This document shows, piece by piece, positions 39,957-49,810 of a DNA stretch of 64,000 bases; position 1 is the stretch's first letter; every line of letters starts with the position of its first letter. The translations under genes and the position numbers were made by a program. The stretch is from Candidatus Bathyarchaeia archaeon. GTDB taxonomy: Archaea > Thermoproteota > Bathyarchaeia > Bathyarchaeales > Bathycorpusculaceae. A model generated the notes under the pieces. The model saw only the letters and a program-made list of their open reading frames with translations. It did no database searches and was not told the DNA's origin. Location: positions 160,001 to 224,000 of the forward strand of contig JAVZNC010000001.1 of the NCBI GenBank assembly GCA_038882955.1, written 5' to 3'.

Positions 39957-40841
39957 ATGGAAAGGGCTAAGGGATACTTGCTAATCGCAGCAGCGTCGGT
40001 GATTTGGGGAACGATGGGCATATTCGGAAAAATGGCATTTGCGTATGGCGTACATCCAGTTACACTAACGGCGCTAAGAATAGCAATTTCATCCATCATA
40101 ATGTTGTTTTTGATAGCCTTCTTTAATAGGAAACTGCTAAAAATTAGGAGACAACACGTACCACAACTGATAGTGTTCGGCGTGTTTGCGGTTGCATTCC
40201 AAAGAGTAGCCTACTTTTACACCGTGAACTTGACGACCGCGACAATAGCAGCCATAATGTTTTACACTTACCCAATATTTGTCACAGCCTACACTGCAAC
40301 ATTTCTTAAAGAGAGGATAACCTCGCTAACGATAACTGCAATAACATTGGCGCTCTTCGGTGTTGCACTTGTCGTGAAAGCCTATGAAACAGCATGGCTT
40401 AACGCTAACATACTCGGACTAGCTTTTGGAACATTAACAAGCGTTCTTTTCGCGCTTTACTTTTTAATGGCGAAAAATCTGAGAGAACATTACACTAACT
40501 GGACTCTGCTTCTTTACGGCGACGGAATAGGCGCAATAGCCCTGGCACCAACACTCCTCTTTGTCTACCCCGAAATTACGAGTTACACGCCTGAACTATG
40601 GCTTTTAATATGCGTGATAGCGTTATTTCCTTCATTAACGGCTTACCTGTTATTCTCCTACGCCCTAAAATATGTTGAATCCACAAAAGGAAGCATACTG
40701 TCCCTAATAGAACCACTATCCGCAGCGGCATTCTCAACAACAATTCTAGGCGAAACTTTCGAACCGCTGCAAATTCTAGGTGTAGCACTTGCCTTGGTGG
40801 GAATACTGCTCCTATTTTACAAGCCGAAAACTAAAAGATAA
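39957..40841 (+). CDS. EamA/DMT-family transporter
   Basis: About 10 TM, IWGT, YTYPIF, LKER, IEPL. Confidence 0.88.
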   Translation: MERAKGYLLIAAASVIWGTMGIFGKMAFAYGVHPVTLTALRIAISSIIMLFLIAFFNRKLLKIRRQHVPQLIVFGVFAVAFQRVAYFYTVNLTTATIAAIMFYTYPIFVTAYTATFLKERITSLTITAITLALFGVALVVKAYETAWLNANILGLAFGTLTSVLFALYFLMAKNLREHYTNWTLLLYGDGIGAIALAPTLLFVYPEITSYTPELWLLICVIALFPSLTAYLLFSYALKYVESTKGSILSLIEPLSAAAFSTTILGETFEPLQILGVALALVGILLLFYKPKTKR

Positions 40842-41008
40842 CTTCATATTACCCGCGTCTCGCCCGCTTCAAGTTCAGCCAGAACCGCTTCTAAAGCAAA
40901 ATGGAAGGTCTATAAAAAGCCTACTTCTTCTGAAAAATGTTTACGCTAAAGGAAAACCATATAAATCGCATCGACGCTGTTCAATTGCACAGTTGGAGTG
41001 CGCATAAA

Positions 41009-41494
41009 GTGCCAAAATGGGGATACTCAATAGCAGAAGAGGAATTAGACCCAGAAAAAACCGTAAAGGCAAGTGGACGAGAGATTAGAGTATCCCATAA
41101 ATCCGCTCATGAAATATGTAAAACAATCAAAGGGATGACGCTTACCCAAGCAAAGCAATTTCTAAAAGAAGTTATAGCCAAGAAAAAGGCAGTTCCGTTC
41201 AAACGTTTTAAGAAGAAGGCTGGACACCGTCATGGAATTGAAAAGGCATACGCGGGCAGATACCCAGTAAAAGCTGCAAAGTACATACTGAAAATTCTTG
41301 AAGGCGCCGAAGCCAACGCGGAATATAAGGGCTTGGACACTGAAAGACTGAAGATAATCCACGCATGCGCCTATCCTGGAATGAAGGTTAAGCGTTTCAT
41401 GCCGAGGGCTCATGGAAGAGCAACTCCAGACTTTGAGACGCTAACGCACGTTGAATTAGCCCTAGAAGAGCAAGCAGAGTCAGGTGAAACTTGA
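41009..41494 (+). CDS. rpl22: 50S ribosomal protein L22
   Basis: VPKWGYS, GRYPVKAA, PRAHGRA; GTG at 41009. Confidence 0.93.
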   Translation: MPKWGYSIAEEELDPEKTVKASGREIRVSHKSAHEICKTIKGMTLTQAKQFLKEVIAKKKAVPFKRFKKKAGHRHGIEKAYAGRYPVKAAKYILKILEGAEANAEYKGLDTERLKIIHACAYPGMKVKRFMPRAHGRATPDFETLTHVELALEEQAESGET

Positions 41495-42174
41495 TGGCAG
41501 CCGTCAAACATTTCATATCAGAGTCCATGAAAAAGACGGAAATCGACGAATTCTTGCAGAAAAAACTTGAAAGGGCAGGTTATGGCGGAGTAACAATCTC
41601 CAGAACACCCCTTGGAACACACATAGTCATTTATGCCATGCGCCCAGGCTTGGTTATTGGGCGCGGCGGAGAAACAATAAAGGAACTTGCAACAATTTTG
41701 GAGGAGAAGTTTAAAGTTCCAAACCCGCAGATTTCTGTTTCTGAAATCGAAATTCCAGAGTTAAACCCCTACGTTGTTGCTTCCCGCATTGCATCAGCCC
41801 TTGAAAGGGGAGTTCACTTTAGAAGGGCTGGATTTTGGGCTTTAAATCAGGTTATGGAAGCTGGAGCATTAGGCGTTGAAATAATTATAAGTGGAAAGTT
41901 GAGAACGGAAAGGGCGAGATACGAAAAGTTTAGGGCTGGATACCTGCCGCGGTGTGGAGACCCTCCGCTGAAGTATATGCGAAAGGCAGAAGTTCACGTG
42001 CAACTGAAACCAGGAATATTCGGAGTAAAAGTCAGGATAATGCCGCCAGACGCTGTTTTTCCAGACAAAATCCAAATAGCTGAAGCCCCACAGCCAGAAG
42101 AAGCCCCAGTCGAGGAAGAAGCGAAAACCGAAGAGACAAGCGAGGAAGAGGCAGAAGAGGAGGAAAAGGAATAG
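41494..42174 (+). CDS. rps3: 30S ribosomal protein S3
   Basis: RPGLVIGRGG KH motif, GVHFRRA; acidic tail. Confidence 0.95.
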   Translation: MAAVKHFISESMKKTEIDEFLQKKLERAGYGGVTISRTPLGTHIVIYAMRPGLVIGRGGETIKELATILEEKFKVPNPQISVSEIEIPELNPYVVASRIASALERGVHFRRAGFWALNQVMEAGALGVEIIISGKLRTERARYEKFRAGYLPRCGDPPLKYMRKAEVHVQLKPGIFGVKVRIMPPDAVFPDKIQIAEAPQPEEAPVEEEAKTEETSEEEAEEEEKE

Positions 42175-42175
42175 G

Positions 42176-42415
42176 ATGCCAATACTGCGGGTTAAGGAAA
42201 TACGAGAGATGTCTTCTGAAGAAAGAATGGAGAAATTCAAAGAGCTAAAGACAGAACTTGTCAGACTCAAAACGATGATTAAGGCTGGAGGCACTGTGGA
42301 AAATCCATCGATGATAAGAGAACTACGCAAGACGATTGCCAGAATATTAACCATAGAGAAGGAAGAGAAAGCGAAGATGGCAAAGGCTGAAAAAGAGGGG
42401 GCGAAGAAGAAATGA
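42176..42415 (+). CDS. rpl29: 50S ribosomal protein L29
   Basis: ENPSMIRELRKTIARILT. Confidence 0.92.
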   Translation: MPILRVKEIREMSSEERMEKFKELKTELVRLKTMIKAGGTVENPSMIRELRKTIARILTIEKEEKAKMAKAEKEGAKKK

Positions 42416-42699
42416 AGGTTACACCAGACATAATTCGTTACGAATTTATTGGAACGAAGGCGAAAGTCGCAAAAAGCAGCAATCCGCGTTGTGTTGGATT
42501 ATCTGGCAAGGTAATAGATGAGACGCGAAACACTTTCACACTTTTACATGAGCGTGAAGGAAAAAAGAAGACCATTATAAAAGATTCAGCGGTTTTCCAC
42601 TTCAGCTTTCCAGATGGAACAGTTGTCGAAGTTGATGGCAAACTTTTGGTTGGTAGACCCGAAGACCGCTTGAAAAGACGTCTAAGGAGGCTATGGTGA
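42412..42699 (+). CDS. rnp1: RNase P protein Rpp29/POP4
   Basis: EFIG, GKVIDETRNT, LVGRPEDR. Confidence 0.9.
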   Translation: MKVTPDIIRYEFIGTKAKVAKSSNPRCVGLSGKVIDETRNTFTLLHEREGKKKTIIKDSAVFHFSFPDGTVVEVDGKLLVGRPEDRLKRRLRRLW

Positions 42700-43016
42700 T
42701 GTCACTCACGTTTAAAAAGCCTAAAAAAACATGTAGTGACAGAAACTGCCCATTTCACGGCGACTTACCAGTAAGAGGACGAGTTTTAGAAGGCTATGTT
42801 GTAAGCGCAAAGATGGATAAGACTGTTATCGTGAAACGCGATTATTTGCATTATGTTCCAAAGTTCATGAGGTATGAGCGAAGGCACAGCCGCATTCCCT
42901 CACATAACCCGCCATGCATAGACGCGAAAGAGGGAGACCGCGTAATAATAGCCGAGTGCAGACCAGTAAGCAAGACGGTCTCTTTCGTTGTTGTTGAAAA
43001 GTTGGAGGGAAAGTAG
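42693..43016 (+). CDS. rps17: 30S ribosomal protein S17
   Basis: CPFHG, VRGR, ECRPVSKT. Confidence 0.95.
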   Translation: MVMSLTFKKPKKTCSDRNCPFHGDLPVRGRVLEGYVVSAKMDKTVIVKRDYLHYVPKFMRYERRHSRIPSHNPPCIDAKEGDRVIIAECRPVSKTVSFVVVEKLEGK

Positions 43017-43017
43017 G

Positions 43018-43458
43018 ATGGCGGCGAAGGCAAAACAACGCGCACTTGTCGCAAAGGGGATGCTTGGACACGGACCGAAAATATCACGTGGATTGCCAAT
43101 GGGTTCGATACTGCGATGTGCGGACAATACTGGTGCAAGAGAATTACGCCTAGTCCAAGTAATGGGCTACAAGGGAAGGTTGCGCCGCTATCCATCAGCA
43201 GCAGTGGGCGACAGAATAACTGTTTCCGTTAGGCATGGAACACCAGACATGAGAAAGAAAATCTTCCAAGCAGTCGTTGTTAGACAAAGAAAACCGTTCA
43301 GAAGAGCAGAAGGCGTCTGGGTTCAATTTGAAGACAATGCCGCAGTGATAATAACTCCAGACGGAGAAATGAAAGGTTCCGAAATCCGCGGTCCAGTGGC
43401 AAGAGAAGCTGCAGAAAGGTGGCCGAGGATTGCAAGCGCCGCGACAATAATAGTGTAG
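43018..43458 (+). CDS. rpl14: 50S ribosomal protein L14
   Basis: CADNTGA, FEDNAAVI, GPVAREAAERW. Confidence 0.95.
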   Translation: MAAKAKQRALVAKGMLGHGPKISRGLPMGSILRCADNTGARELRLVQVMGYKGRLRRYPSAAVGDRITVSVRHGTPDMRKKIFQAVVVRQRKPFRRAEGVWVQFEDNAAVIITPDGEMKGSEIRGPVAREAAERWPRIASAATIIV

Positions 43459-43465
43459 GTGAAAA

Positions 43466-44098
43466 ATGATGCAAACAACAAAAACTATGCCGAGCAAACC
43501 CTCAAAACAGCGAAAAATGATTTTTAAAGCGCCAGACCACATACGCCAGAAACTCTTCGCAGCCCCACTCTCACCAGAACTAAGGACAACCCACAAAGTT
43601 AAAAATCTACCAGTTAGAAGCGGAGACACGATCCGCATAATGAGAGGAGACCATAAAGGATTTGAAGGAAAAGTAACACGCATTGACAGAAACAAGTACA
43701 GGATTTATGTGGAAGGCTTGACACGCGAGAAAGTTGATGGAACAACAATCTTTGTTCCAATACATCCATCAAAAGTTATGATAACAAAACTAAACCTAGA
43801 CGACAAATGGCGCAAACAAATCTTGGAAAGAAGAAAGGGCGTATCGGCAAAGGTTGAAGAAATCGTGGAAAAGCCTCCTGAAAAAATTGTGGAAGAAATT
43901 GTAGAGCCAGAAAAAGAGGCTGTTGCAGAAAAACTGCTTGAAAAACCTAAACCAAAGCGCAGAAAAAGAGTTTCAAAGAAAACACCAGCGAAAAAAGCCG
44001 AAAAAGAAGCAGCAAAAGAAGAGGCGCCAAAAGAGAAAAAGCCAAGGAAAACTAGAACAAAGCGCAAATCTGCAAAGAAAACTGAAGGAGAAACGTGA
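43466..44098 (+). CDS. rpl24: 50S ribosomal protein L24 with long charged C-terminal tail
   Basis: LSPELR, VRSGD, MRGDHKG, PIHPSKV. Confidence 0.93.
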   Translation: MMQTTKTMPSKPSKQRKMIFKAPDHIRQKLFAAPLSPELRTTHKVKNLPVRSGDTIRIMRGDHKGFEGKVTRIDRNKYRIYVEGLTREKVDGTTIFVPIHPSKVMITKLNLDDKWRKQILERRKGVSAKVEEIVEKPPEKIVEEIVEPEKEAVAEKLLEKPKPKRRKRVSKKTPAKKAEKEAAKEEAPKEKKPRKTRTKRKSAKKTEGET

Positions 44099-44100
44099 AC

Positions 44101-44868
44101 ATGGGAAGAAAAGGCGAGTCAAAAGGACTAAAACGCAAACCAGCTCCAAGATTTTGGCCTATTCACAGAAAAGAAAGCGTTTGGGTTGTGAAACCTTCTC
44201 CAGGACCGCATGCAACCGACAAAAGCTTGCCCTTAACCATAATCTTGCGTGACATGCTGGGGTTTGCCGAGACCAGAAAAGAGGCAAAAACAATAGTTGC
44301 CGATGGAAAAGTTTACGTTGACGGAAAAATCAGACGCGCAGACGATTTCCCAGTAGGCCCAATGGATGTTATATCAATACCAGAAGTCAACCAGCACTTC
44401 AGAATTTTGCCAGCGGAAAAAGGTTTAATTTTACACCCTATAAGCAAGGAGGAAACGACCTTCAAGCTCTGCAGAATCGAAAACAAAACCATCCTTAAAG
44501 GAGGACACGTGCAACTTCACCTTCATGACGGCTCAAACATTCAAATTAAAGTTGCAGATCCAAAAAATCCGCAAGAAGACGTTTACAAAACCTTCGACAC
44601 TCTAAAGATAAGTTTGCCAGACAAACAGATTCTCGAACACATAAAAATGAAGGAAGGAAGCTACGCCATAATTGCTGGCGGAAAAAACGTTGGAAAACAC
44701 GGCAAAATCGCTGAAATTGAAAAGGTTGAGAACAAGAAACGCAGAAACGCCCTAGTAACTATAGAAGCTGAAAATGGCGCAAAATACCAGACAATTCTAA
44801 ACTTCACCTTCGCACTGGGAGAAAACAAACCAATAATAACTCTTCCGGAGGTCACAGCGGTTGTCTGA
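44101..44868 (+). CDS. rps4e: 30S ribosomal protein S4e
   Basis: LKRKPAP, PSPGPH, FPVGPMDVI, LHDGSN. Confidence 0.95.
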   Translation: MGRKGESKGLKRKPAPRFWPIHRKESVWVVKPSPGPHATDKSLPLTIILRDMLGFAETRKEAKTIVADGKVYVDGKIRRADDFPVGPMDVISIPEVNQHFRILPAEKGLILHPISKEETTFKLCRIENKTILKGGHVQLHLHDGSNIQIKVADPKNPQEDVYKTFDTLKISLPDKQILEHIKMKEGSYAIIAGGKNVGKHGKIAEIEKVENKKRRNALVTIEAENGAKYQTILNFTFALGENKPIITLPEVTAVV

Positions 44869-45400
44869 AGATGAAATCCGCAAAATGTGGGAAACTCAAC
44901 CAATGCTTAAACCGAGAATAGATAAAGTTGCTGTAAATATCAGCGTTGGAAAATCCGGGGAACCCCTGGAAAAGGCAATGAAAGTTTTGAGAGAATTAAC
45001 TGGACAAACGCCATGCAAGAGGAAAGCAAAGAAAACCATAAGGGACTTCGGAATAAGAAGGGGCGAACCCATGGCATGCATGGTAACTCTAAGAAAACAG
45101 CGGGCAATAGAATTTTTGAAGAAGGTCTTGCCAGTGGTCGACAACAAAATTTCAAGGGAAAGTTTCGATACGCATGGCAACTTCACATTTGGCATAAAAG
45201 AACACATAGAAATTCCAGGAGTAAAATATGACCCAGAAATAGGAATATTCGGCATGGACATATGTGTCTCAATAGGACGCCCAGGATACCGAGTAAAAGA
45301 GCGTAGAATAGGAAAGGCGAAAGTGGGCTCAAAACACATCGTGCCGCCAGAGGAGGCCATGGTTTTCGTTAAAGATGCTCTTGGAGTTGAAATAGTATAA
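44861..45400 (+). CDS. rpl5: 50S ribosomal protein L5
   Basis: FGIRRGEP, GNFTFGIKEHI, YDPEIGIFG. Confidence 0.95.
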   Translation: MSEDEIRKMWETQPMLKPRIDKVAVNISVGKSGEPLEKAMKVLRELTGQTPCKRKAKKTIRDFGIRRGEPMACMVTLRKQRAIEFLKKVLPVVDNKISRESFDTHGNFTFGIKEHIEIPGVKYDPEIGIFGMDICVSIGRPGYRVKERRIGKAKVGSKHIVPPEEAMVFVKDALGVEIV

Positions 45401-45415
45401 GTGAGGGGCGCTTAA

Positions 45416-45580
45416 ATGGGTAAAATAAAAACTAAAAAGGAAAGAAAATATGGCAAAGGGGCAAGGCCATGCAGCAGATGCGGGTCGTACGGACCTGTTA
45501 TTCGACGCTACAATTTATATTTGTGTAGGCACTGTTTTAGAGAAGTTGCAAAAAAACTTGGATTTAAAAAGTATGAGTGA
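45416..45580 (+). CDS. rps14: 30S ribosomal protein S14, Zn-type (not in ORF track)
   Basis: Manual translation [54 protein letters not shown]. Confidence 0.93.
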   Translation: MGKIKTKKERKYGKGARPCSRCGSYGPVIRRYNLYLCRHCFREVAKKLGFKKYE

Positions 45581-45594
45581 AAGAGGATATCGCA

Positions 45595-45978
45595 ATGGAC
45601 ACTGTGTCAAATGGCTTAACAGCAATATTGAATAATGAAGAACGCAATAAAAGGGAATGCGTCATTAGCCCAGCCTCTAAACTTTTGGGCAGAGTCCTGC
45701 GGATAATGCAGTTAAACGGGTATATTGGCGAGTTTGAATTTATAGATGATGGACGTTCTGGAAAGTTTAAGGTTCAGCTTTTAGGCAGAATAAACAAGTG
45801 TGGCGCCATAAGACCACGTTTTCCTGTTGGAATTGACGAGATAGAGGAGTGGGAGAAAAAGTTTCTTCCATCAAGAGATGTTGGAATACTTGTAATTTCA
45901 ACACCAAAGGGTGTCTTGTCCCACAAAGAGGCAAAGGAAAAACACATTGGAGGCAAACTGATAGCATTCGTCTATTAG
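45595..45978 (+). CDS. rps8: 30S ribosomal protein S8
   Basis: GYIGEFEFIDDGRSGK, GRINKCGAI. Confidence 0.95.
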   Translation: MDTVSNGLTAILNNEERNKRECVISPASKLLGRVLRIMQLNGYIGEFEFIDDGRSGKFKVQLLGRINKCGAIRPRFPVGIDEIEEWEKKFLPSRDVGILVISTPKGVLSHKEAKEKHIGGKLIAFVY

Positions 45979-45989
45979 GAGGCAGCTAA

Positions 45990-46538
45990 ATGCGGACAAT
46001 AGAAGTTTCTAGGACGATTCGCGTGCCAGAAGACGTTGAAGTTACATTGGAAGGAAAGAAGGTAACAGTTAAAGGTGCCAAGGGGACATTGACGCGAGAC
46101 TTTTCATACGCGCCAATATCAATTGAACTTAAAAATAGGGAAATTAACATTTGGGCTGAATGGCCAAGCAAAAAGGAGGCAGCCCTTGTAGGCACGATTT
46201 GCGCCCACATTCAAAACATGATTAAAGGCGTGCAAAAGGGTTTCACCTATAAACTCAAAATAGTTTTCTCCCACTTCCCAATATCAGTTAAAGTTAAGGA
46301 CAATCATGTTTTAATAGAAAACTTTACTGGTGAAAGAAACCCGAGAAGGGCAAAAATAATTGGAAACCCAAAAATCAAAATTCTAAGCGAAGACATCCTC
46401 ATTCAAGGTATAAATTTGGAAGATGTCAGCCAAACAGCAGCAAACATTGAACAAGCAACAAAAGTGAAAAAGAAGGACCCACGAGTCTTCCTAGATGGCA
46501 TATACGTTTACGAAAGAACCGAGGGAATGGAAGAGTGA
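45990..46538 (+). CDS. rpl6: 50S ribosomal protein L6
   Basis: SHFPI, QTAANIEQ, DPRVFLDGIY. Confidence 0.95.
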   Translation: MRTIEVSRTIRVPEDVEVTLEGKKVTVKGAKGTLTRDFSYAPISIELKNREINIWAEWPSKKEAALVGTICAHIQNMIKGVQKGFTYKLKIVFSHFPISVKVKDNHVLIENFTGERNPRRAKIIGNPKIKILSEDILIQGINLEDVSQTAANIEQATKVKKKDPRVFLDGIYVYERTEGMEE

Positions 46539-47080
46539 AAAAACCAAAAGCACCTGCTGCCGAAAAAGCATTAGAGATTAGAAGACGAATAAAAGCCAAA
46601 AAACCAGAGTTCGTTAGGCAAGAAAGTTGGCGATACAAACGCTTGAAAGAAAACTGGCGAAGACCGAAGGGCATAGACAACAAAATGCGAAGAAAAATAA
46701 AGGGATGGCCGCAGACCGTGAACACTGGATATAGGGGACCGAAAGCAGCAAGGGGGCTCCACCCGTCTGGTTACCAGGAAATTCTCGTTTACAATGTTGA
46801 AGACCTTAGGAAGGTTGACCCTAAAACGCAAGCCATAAGAATTGCGCATAATGTTGGAAAGAAAAAGCGTGCCCAAATTCTCACTGAAGCAAGGAAAAAG
46901 CGGATAGTCATCTTGAACGTTAAGGAAGTTAAAGAAGCAAAAGAAGTTGCTGAGGAAGAGGAGGAAAAGGTAGAGGAAAAACTTGAAGAAAAAGAAGAGG
47001 AAGTAAAGGAAAAAGCGAGAAAGCGAAAACCAAGAAAAAGGAAGGTTGAAGGAGAACAGAAGGACAATGACGCAGCTTAA
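46535..47080 (+). CDS. rpl32e: 50S ribosomal protein L32e
   Basis: FVRQES, WRRPKGIDNK, GLHPSG. Confidence 0.93.
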   Translation: MKKPKAPAAEKALEIRRRIKAKKPEFVRQESWRYKRLKENWRRPKGIDNKMRRKIKGWPQTVNTGYRGPKAARGLHPSGYQEILVYNVEDLRKVDPKTQAIRIAHNVGKKKRAQILTEARKKRIVILNVKEVKEAKEVAEEEEEKVEEKLEEKEEEVKEKARKRKPRKRKVEGEQKDNDAA

Positions 47081-47522
47081 AAGTCAAAGGCGACTAGCAG
47101 CAAAGATACTTAAGGTTGGCGAGAGCAGAGTCTGGATAAACCCAGAAAGAACTGATGACGTAGAAGCTGCAATAACAAGGGAAGAAATTAAGAAACTTAT
47201 CCACGAAGGCGTAATAAAGCCAATACCAGAAAAGGGGGTAAGCCGCGCAAGAGCACGAACCTTACATGAAAAAAAGAGACGAGGAAGGCGACGCGGCACA
47301 GGAAGCAGAAGCGGTGCAGCACACGCGAAAATTTCGAAGAAAGAGGCTTGGATGACTAAGATTAGGGCTTTAAGAAAGAGGCTCCGCGAGTTAAAGGCTA
47401 AGAAAATTATCACTGAAAGCGCTTATAGAAAGCTCTACACGATGGCAAGCAGCGGAAGATTCAGCTCCGTCTCTGACATGGAACGCTATCTGGAAGCTCA
47501 TGAACTGTGGAGGAAACGTTGA
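47067..47522 (+). CDS. rpl19e: 50S ribosomal protein L19e
   Basis: QRRLAA, RVWINP, KKEAWMTKIRALR. Confidence 0.95.
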   Translation: MTQLKSQRRLAAKILKVGESRVWINPERTDDVEAAITREEIKKLIHEGVIKPIPEKGVSRARARTLHEKKRRGRRRGTGSRSGAAHAKISKKEAWMTKIRALRKRLRELKAKKIITESAYRKLYTMASSGRFSSVSDMERYLEAHELWRKR

Positions 47523-48127
47523 TGGCGAAGGGCTCAAACTATTGCGTGCCATTCCGCCGCAGAAGAGAGGGAAAGACGGACTATAGGAAAAGGAAAGCCT
47601 TAATAATTTCTGGTAAGCCGCGCCTTGTGGTTCGCCCATCCCTAAAAAATGTGACCGTACAAGTTATTGTGGCTGAACCAGAAGGCGACAAAGTTTTAGT
47701 TTCAGCACACAGCAAAGAATTGGAAGACTTCGGGTGGAAGGCCCCTAAGGGAAACATTCCCGCAGCCTACTTGACTGGTCTTCTCTGCGGGTTAAGGGCG
47801 AAATCAGAGAATGTGGATGAGGCAAATTTGGACATAGGGCTACATTCACCCTCAAAGGGTGCAAGGGTTTTCGCTGCCCTTAAGGGATTTTTAGACGCTA
47901 AAGTTGAGGCCCCGCACAGCGAGGAAAAACTGCCAGACGAGAAAAGAATAAGCGGCGAGCACATCGCTGAATACGCGAAAATTTTAGCCTCAAACCCAGA
48001 AAATTATCAGTCAAGATTCTCGCACTATTTAAGAAATGAGGTTCAACCCGAAAACATCGTGAAACATTTTGCCCAAGTTAAGGCAAGCATTTTAGCAGCA
48101 TTTAAGGGCGGAGGCAAAAAGAAATGA
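47522..48127 (+). CDS. rpl18: 50S ribosomal protein L18
   Basis: RRRREGKTDY, NIPAAYLTG. Confidence 0.95.
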   Translation: MAKGSNYCVPFRRRREGKTDYRKRKALIISGKPRLVVRPSLKNVTVQVIVAEPEGDKVLVSAHSKELEDFGWKAPKGNIPAAYLTGLLCGLRAKSENVDEANLDIGLHSPSKGARVFAALKGFLDAKVEAPHSEEKLPDEKRISGEHIAEYAKILASNPENYQSRFSHYLRNEVQPENIVKHFAQVKASILAAFKGGGKKK

Positions 48128-48774
48128 TGGCTAGAAAAGAGGAAAGAGGAAGATCTGAAGCACTGGAACAGTGGGTTCCCAAAACCCGCCTTGGAAAAAT
48201 GATTCAAGAGGGAAGAATAACATCAATCGAAGAGGTTTTTGCGGGTGGTTACCAGATACGCGAGCCCCAAATTGTTGATGTTCTACTTCCAGAGTTGGAG
48301 GAGGAAGTCATAAACATAAACCTTGTTCAGAAACAAACGGACGCTGGCGAAAAGTCAAGGTTTAAAGCCATAGTCGCTGTTGGAAATAGGGACGGTTACA
48401 TAGGTTTAGGAGCGGGGAAGGCAAGTCAAGTGCGAACAGCCATTGAAAAGGCTGCGGCTGAAGCCCGCTTAAACATAACACCAGTAAGAAGGGGTTGCGG
48501 AAGCTGGGAGTGCGGCTGCGGAAAACCACATTCAGTGCCATTCCAAGTTGACGGAAAATGCGGCGGCGTAAAAATTGTAATCGTTCCAGGTCCAAGGGGA
48601 TTGGGTCTTGTTGCAAGCGAAGTTTCAAAGGTAATTTTGGGTTTAGCGGGAATAAAGGATTGTTGGACTAGAAGTTACGGTTCAACGAGAACCGTTCCCT
48701 CTTTTGCTTATGCCGTTTTTGACGCTTTGAAGAGAACGTACGGTATGATAACACCGATGGATTGGGTGAAATAG
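48124..48774 (+). CDS. rps5: 30S ribosomal protein S5
   Basis: WVPKTRLG, QTDAGE, RRGCGSWE. Confidence 0.95.
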   Translation: MMARKEERGRSEALEQWVPKTRLGKMIQEGRITSIEEVFAGGYQIREPQIVDVLLPELEEEVININLVQKQTDAGEKSRFKAIVAVGNRDGYIGLGAGKASQVRTAIEKAAAEARLNITPVRRGCGSWECGCGKPHSVPFQVDGKCGGVKIVIVPGPRGLGLVASEVSKVILGLAGIKDCWTRSYGSTRTVPSFAYAVFDALKRTYGMITPMDWVK

Positions 48775-49263
48775 GTGGCTGAAAAAGCAGAAGAGCACAA
48801 ATGCATAATCGCAGTGAGGGTGCGCGGAACAATCAGCGCCCCGCTGGAAGTACGGGAGACCCTAAAAATGCTCCGCTTGACAAGAAATAACTATGCTGTA
48901 TTAATTGATAATCGCCCCTCATTTGTTGGCATGCTGAAAACGGCGCAGAACTTTATAACATGGGGAGAAGCCTCCAAAGAGACGATAACAGCGCTGATAA
49001 AGAAGCGTGGAAAGCTTGTCGGCAGCAAGAAGTTGACTGACGAGTATGCACAGAATTTGGGCTATAAGTCGCTTGAAGAGCTTGCAGAAGTCGTCTTAAA
49101 TTGCAAGGTTGAATATTGGAAGCTGCCGAAAATTCAGCCTGTTTTTAGGCTTCACCCGCCCACAAAGGGTTTCAAGGGAAAAATAAAGAAAGGTTATAGT
49201 GTTGGCGGTGAGCTTGGATATCGTGGGGAAAAAATCAACGAGTTAATCAAGCGAATGATATAG
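48775..49263 (+). CDS. rpl30: 50S ribosomal protein L30
   Basis: ITWGE, FRLHPP, GELGYRGEKIN. Confidence 0.93.
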   Translation: MAEKAEEHKCIIAVRVRGTISAPLEVRETLKMLRLTRNNYAVLIDNRPSFVGMLKTAQNFITWGEASKETITALIKKRGKLVGSKKLTDEYAQNLGYKSLEELAEVVLNCKVEYWKLPKIQPVFRLHPPTKGFKGKIKKGYSVGGELGYRGEKINELIKRMI

Positions 49264-49345
49264 TCCATATTCGTTTTAACATTTTCTTTTGCGATACATT
49301 TTATAGTAACTTCTGGAATGCCATTGTATCCTAGAGGAGAAAACG

Positions 49346-49810
49346 TTGAGCGCGAAGTGGCGGAGAAACAAGAAAAATTCGAAGTGGCTAAAATCCTTTA
49401 GGGAAGATAAAGATTTTACTGACATTAAAAGGCACATGAATGTGAGGAAGATTAAAACGCACAAGAAAACACACGCCTATAAAATCTCAATAAACTTGCA
49501 CAAAGCGAAAACGTGGAGAGAGCCGAAGCCCTTGGTCGATGTTTTTGAAGAAGAAGATGAAATAGTGGTTGTGGCGGGGCTTGCGGGTTTCTCCAGAGAA
49601 AATCTAAAGGTCACGGTGAAAGAGCAGCAGCTGATTGTTTCAGCAGAAGCTTTTGATAGGCGTTACCATAAAAGTTTAAATCTTCCTTCGCAAGTGATTC
49701 CAAACACTTTGCGCACAAAATATAAGAATGGTGTGCTTGAGGTACGCTTAAAGAAGGCTGCCGAAAAGAAGGTAATGGACAAAATAGCTGGTTTAGAGAA
49801 TGCCACATAA
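49346..49810 (+). CDS. Hsp20 small heat-shock protein
   Basis: PLVDVFEEEDEIVVVAGLAG, LNLP, KYKNGVLEVRLKK. Confidence 0.85.
   Translation: MSAKWRRNKKNSKWLKSFREDKDFTDIKRHMNVRKIKTHKKTHAYKISINLHKAKTWREPKPLVDVFEEEDEIVVVAGLAGFSRENLKVTVKEQQLIVSAEAFDRRYHKSLNLPSQVIPNTLRTKYKNGVLEVRLKKAAEKKVMDKIAGLENAT

Noticed and set aside
45450-45635. 61-aa plus-strand ORF
   Set aside because: Off-frame overlap of the real S14 gene (45416-45580).
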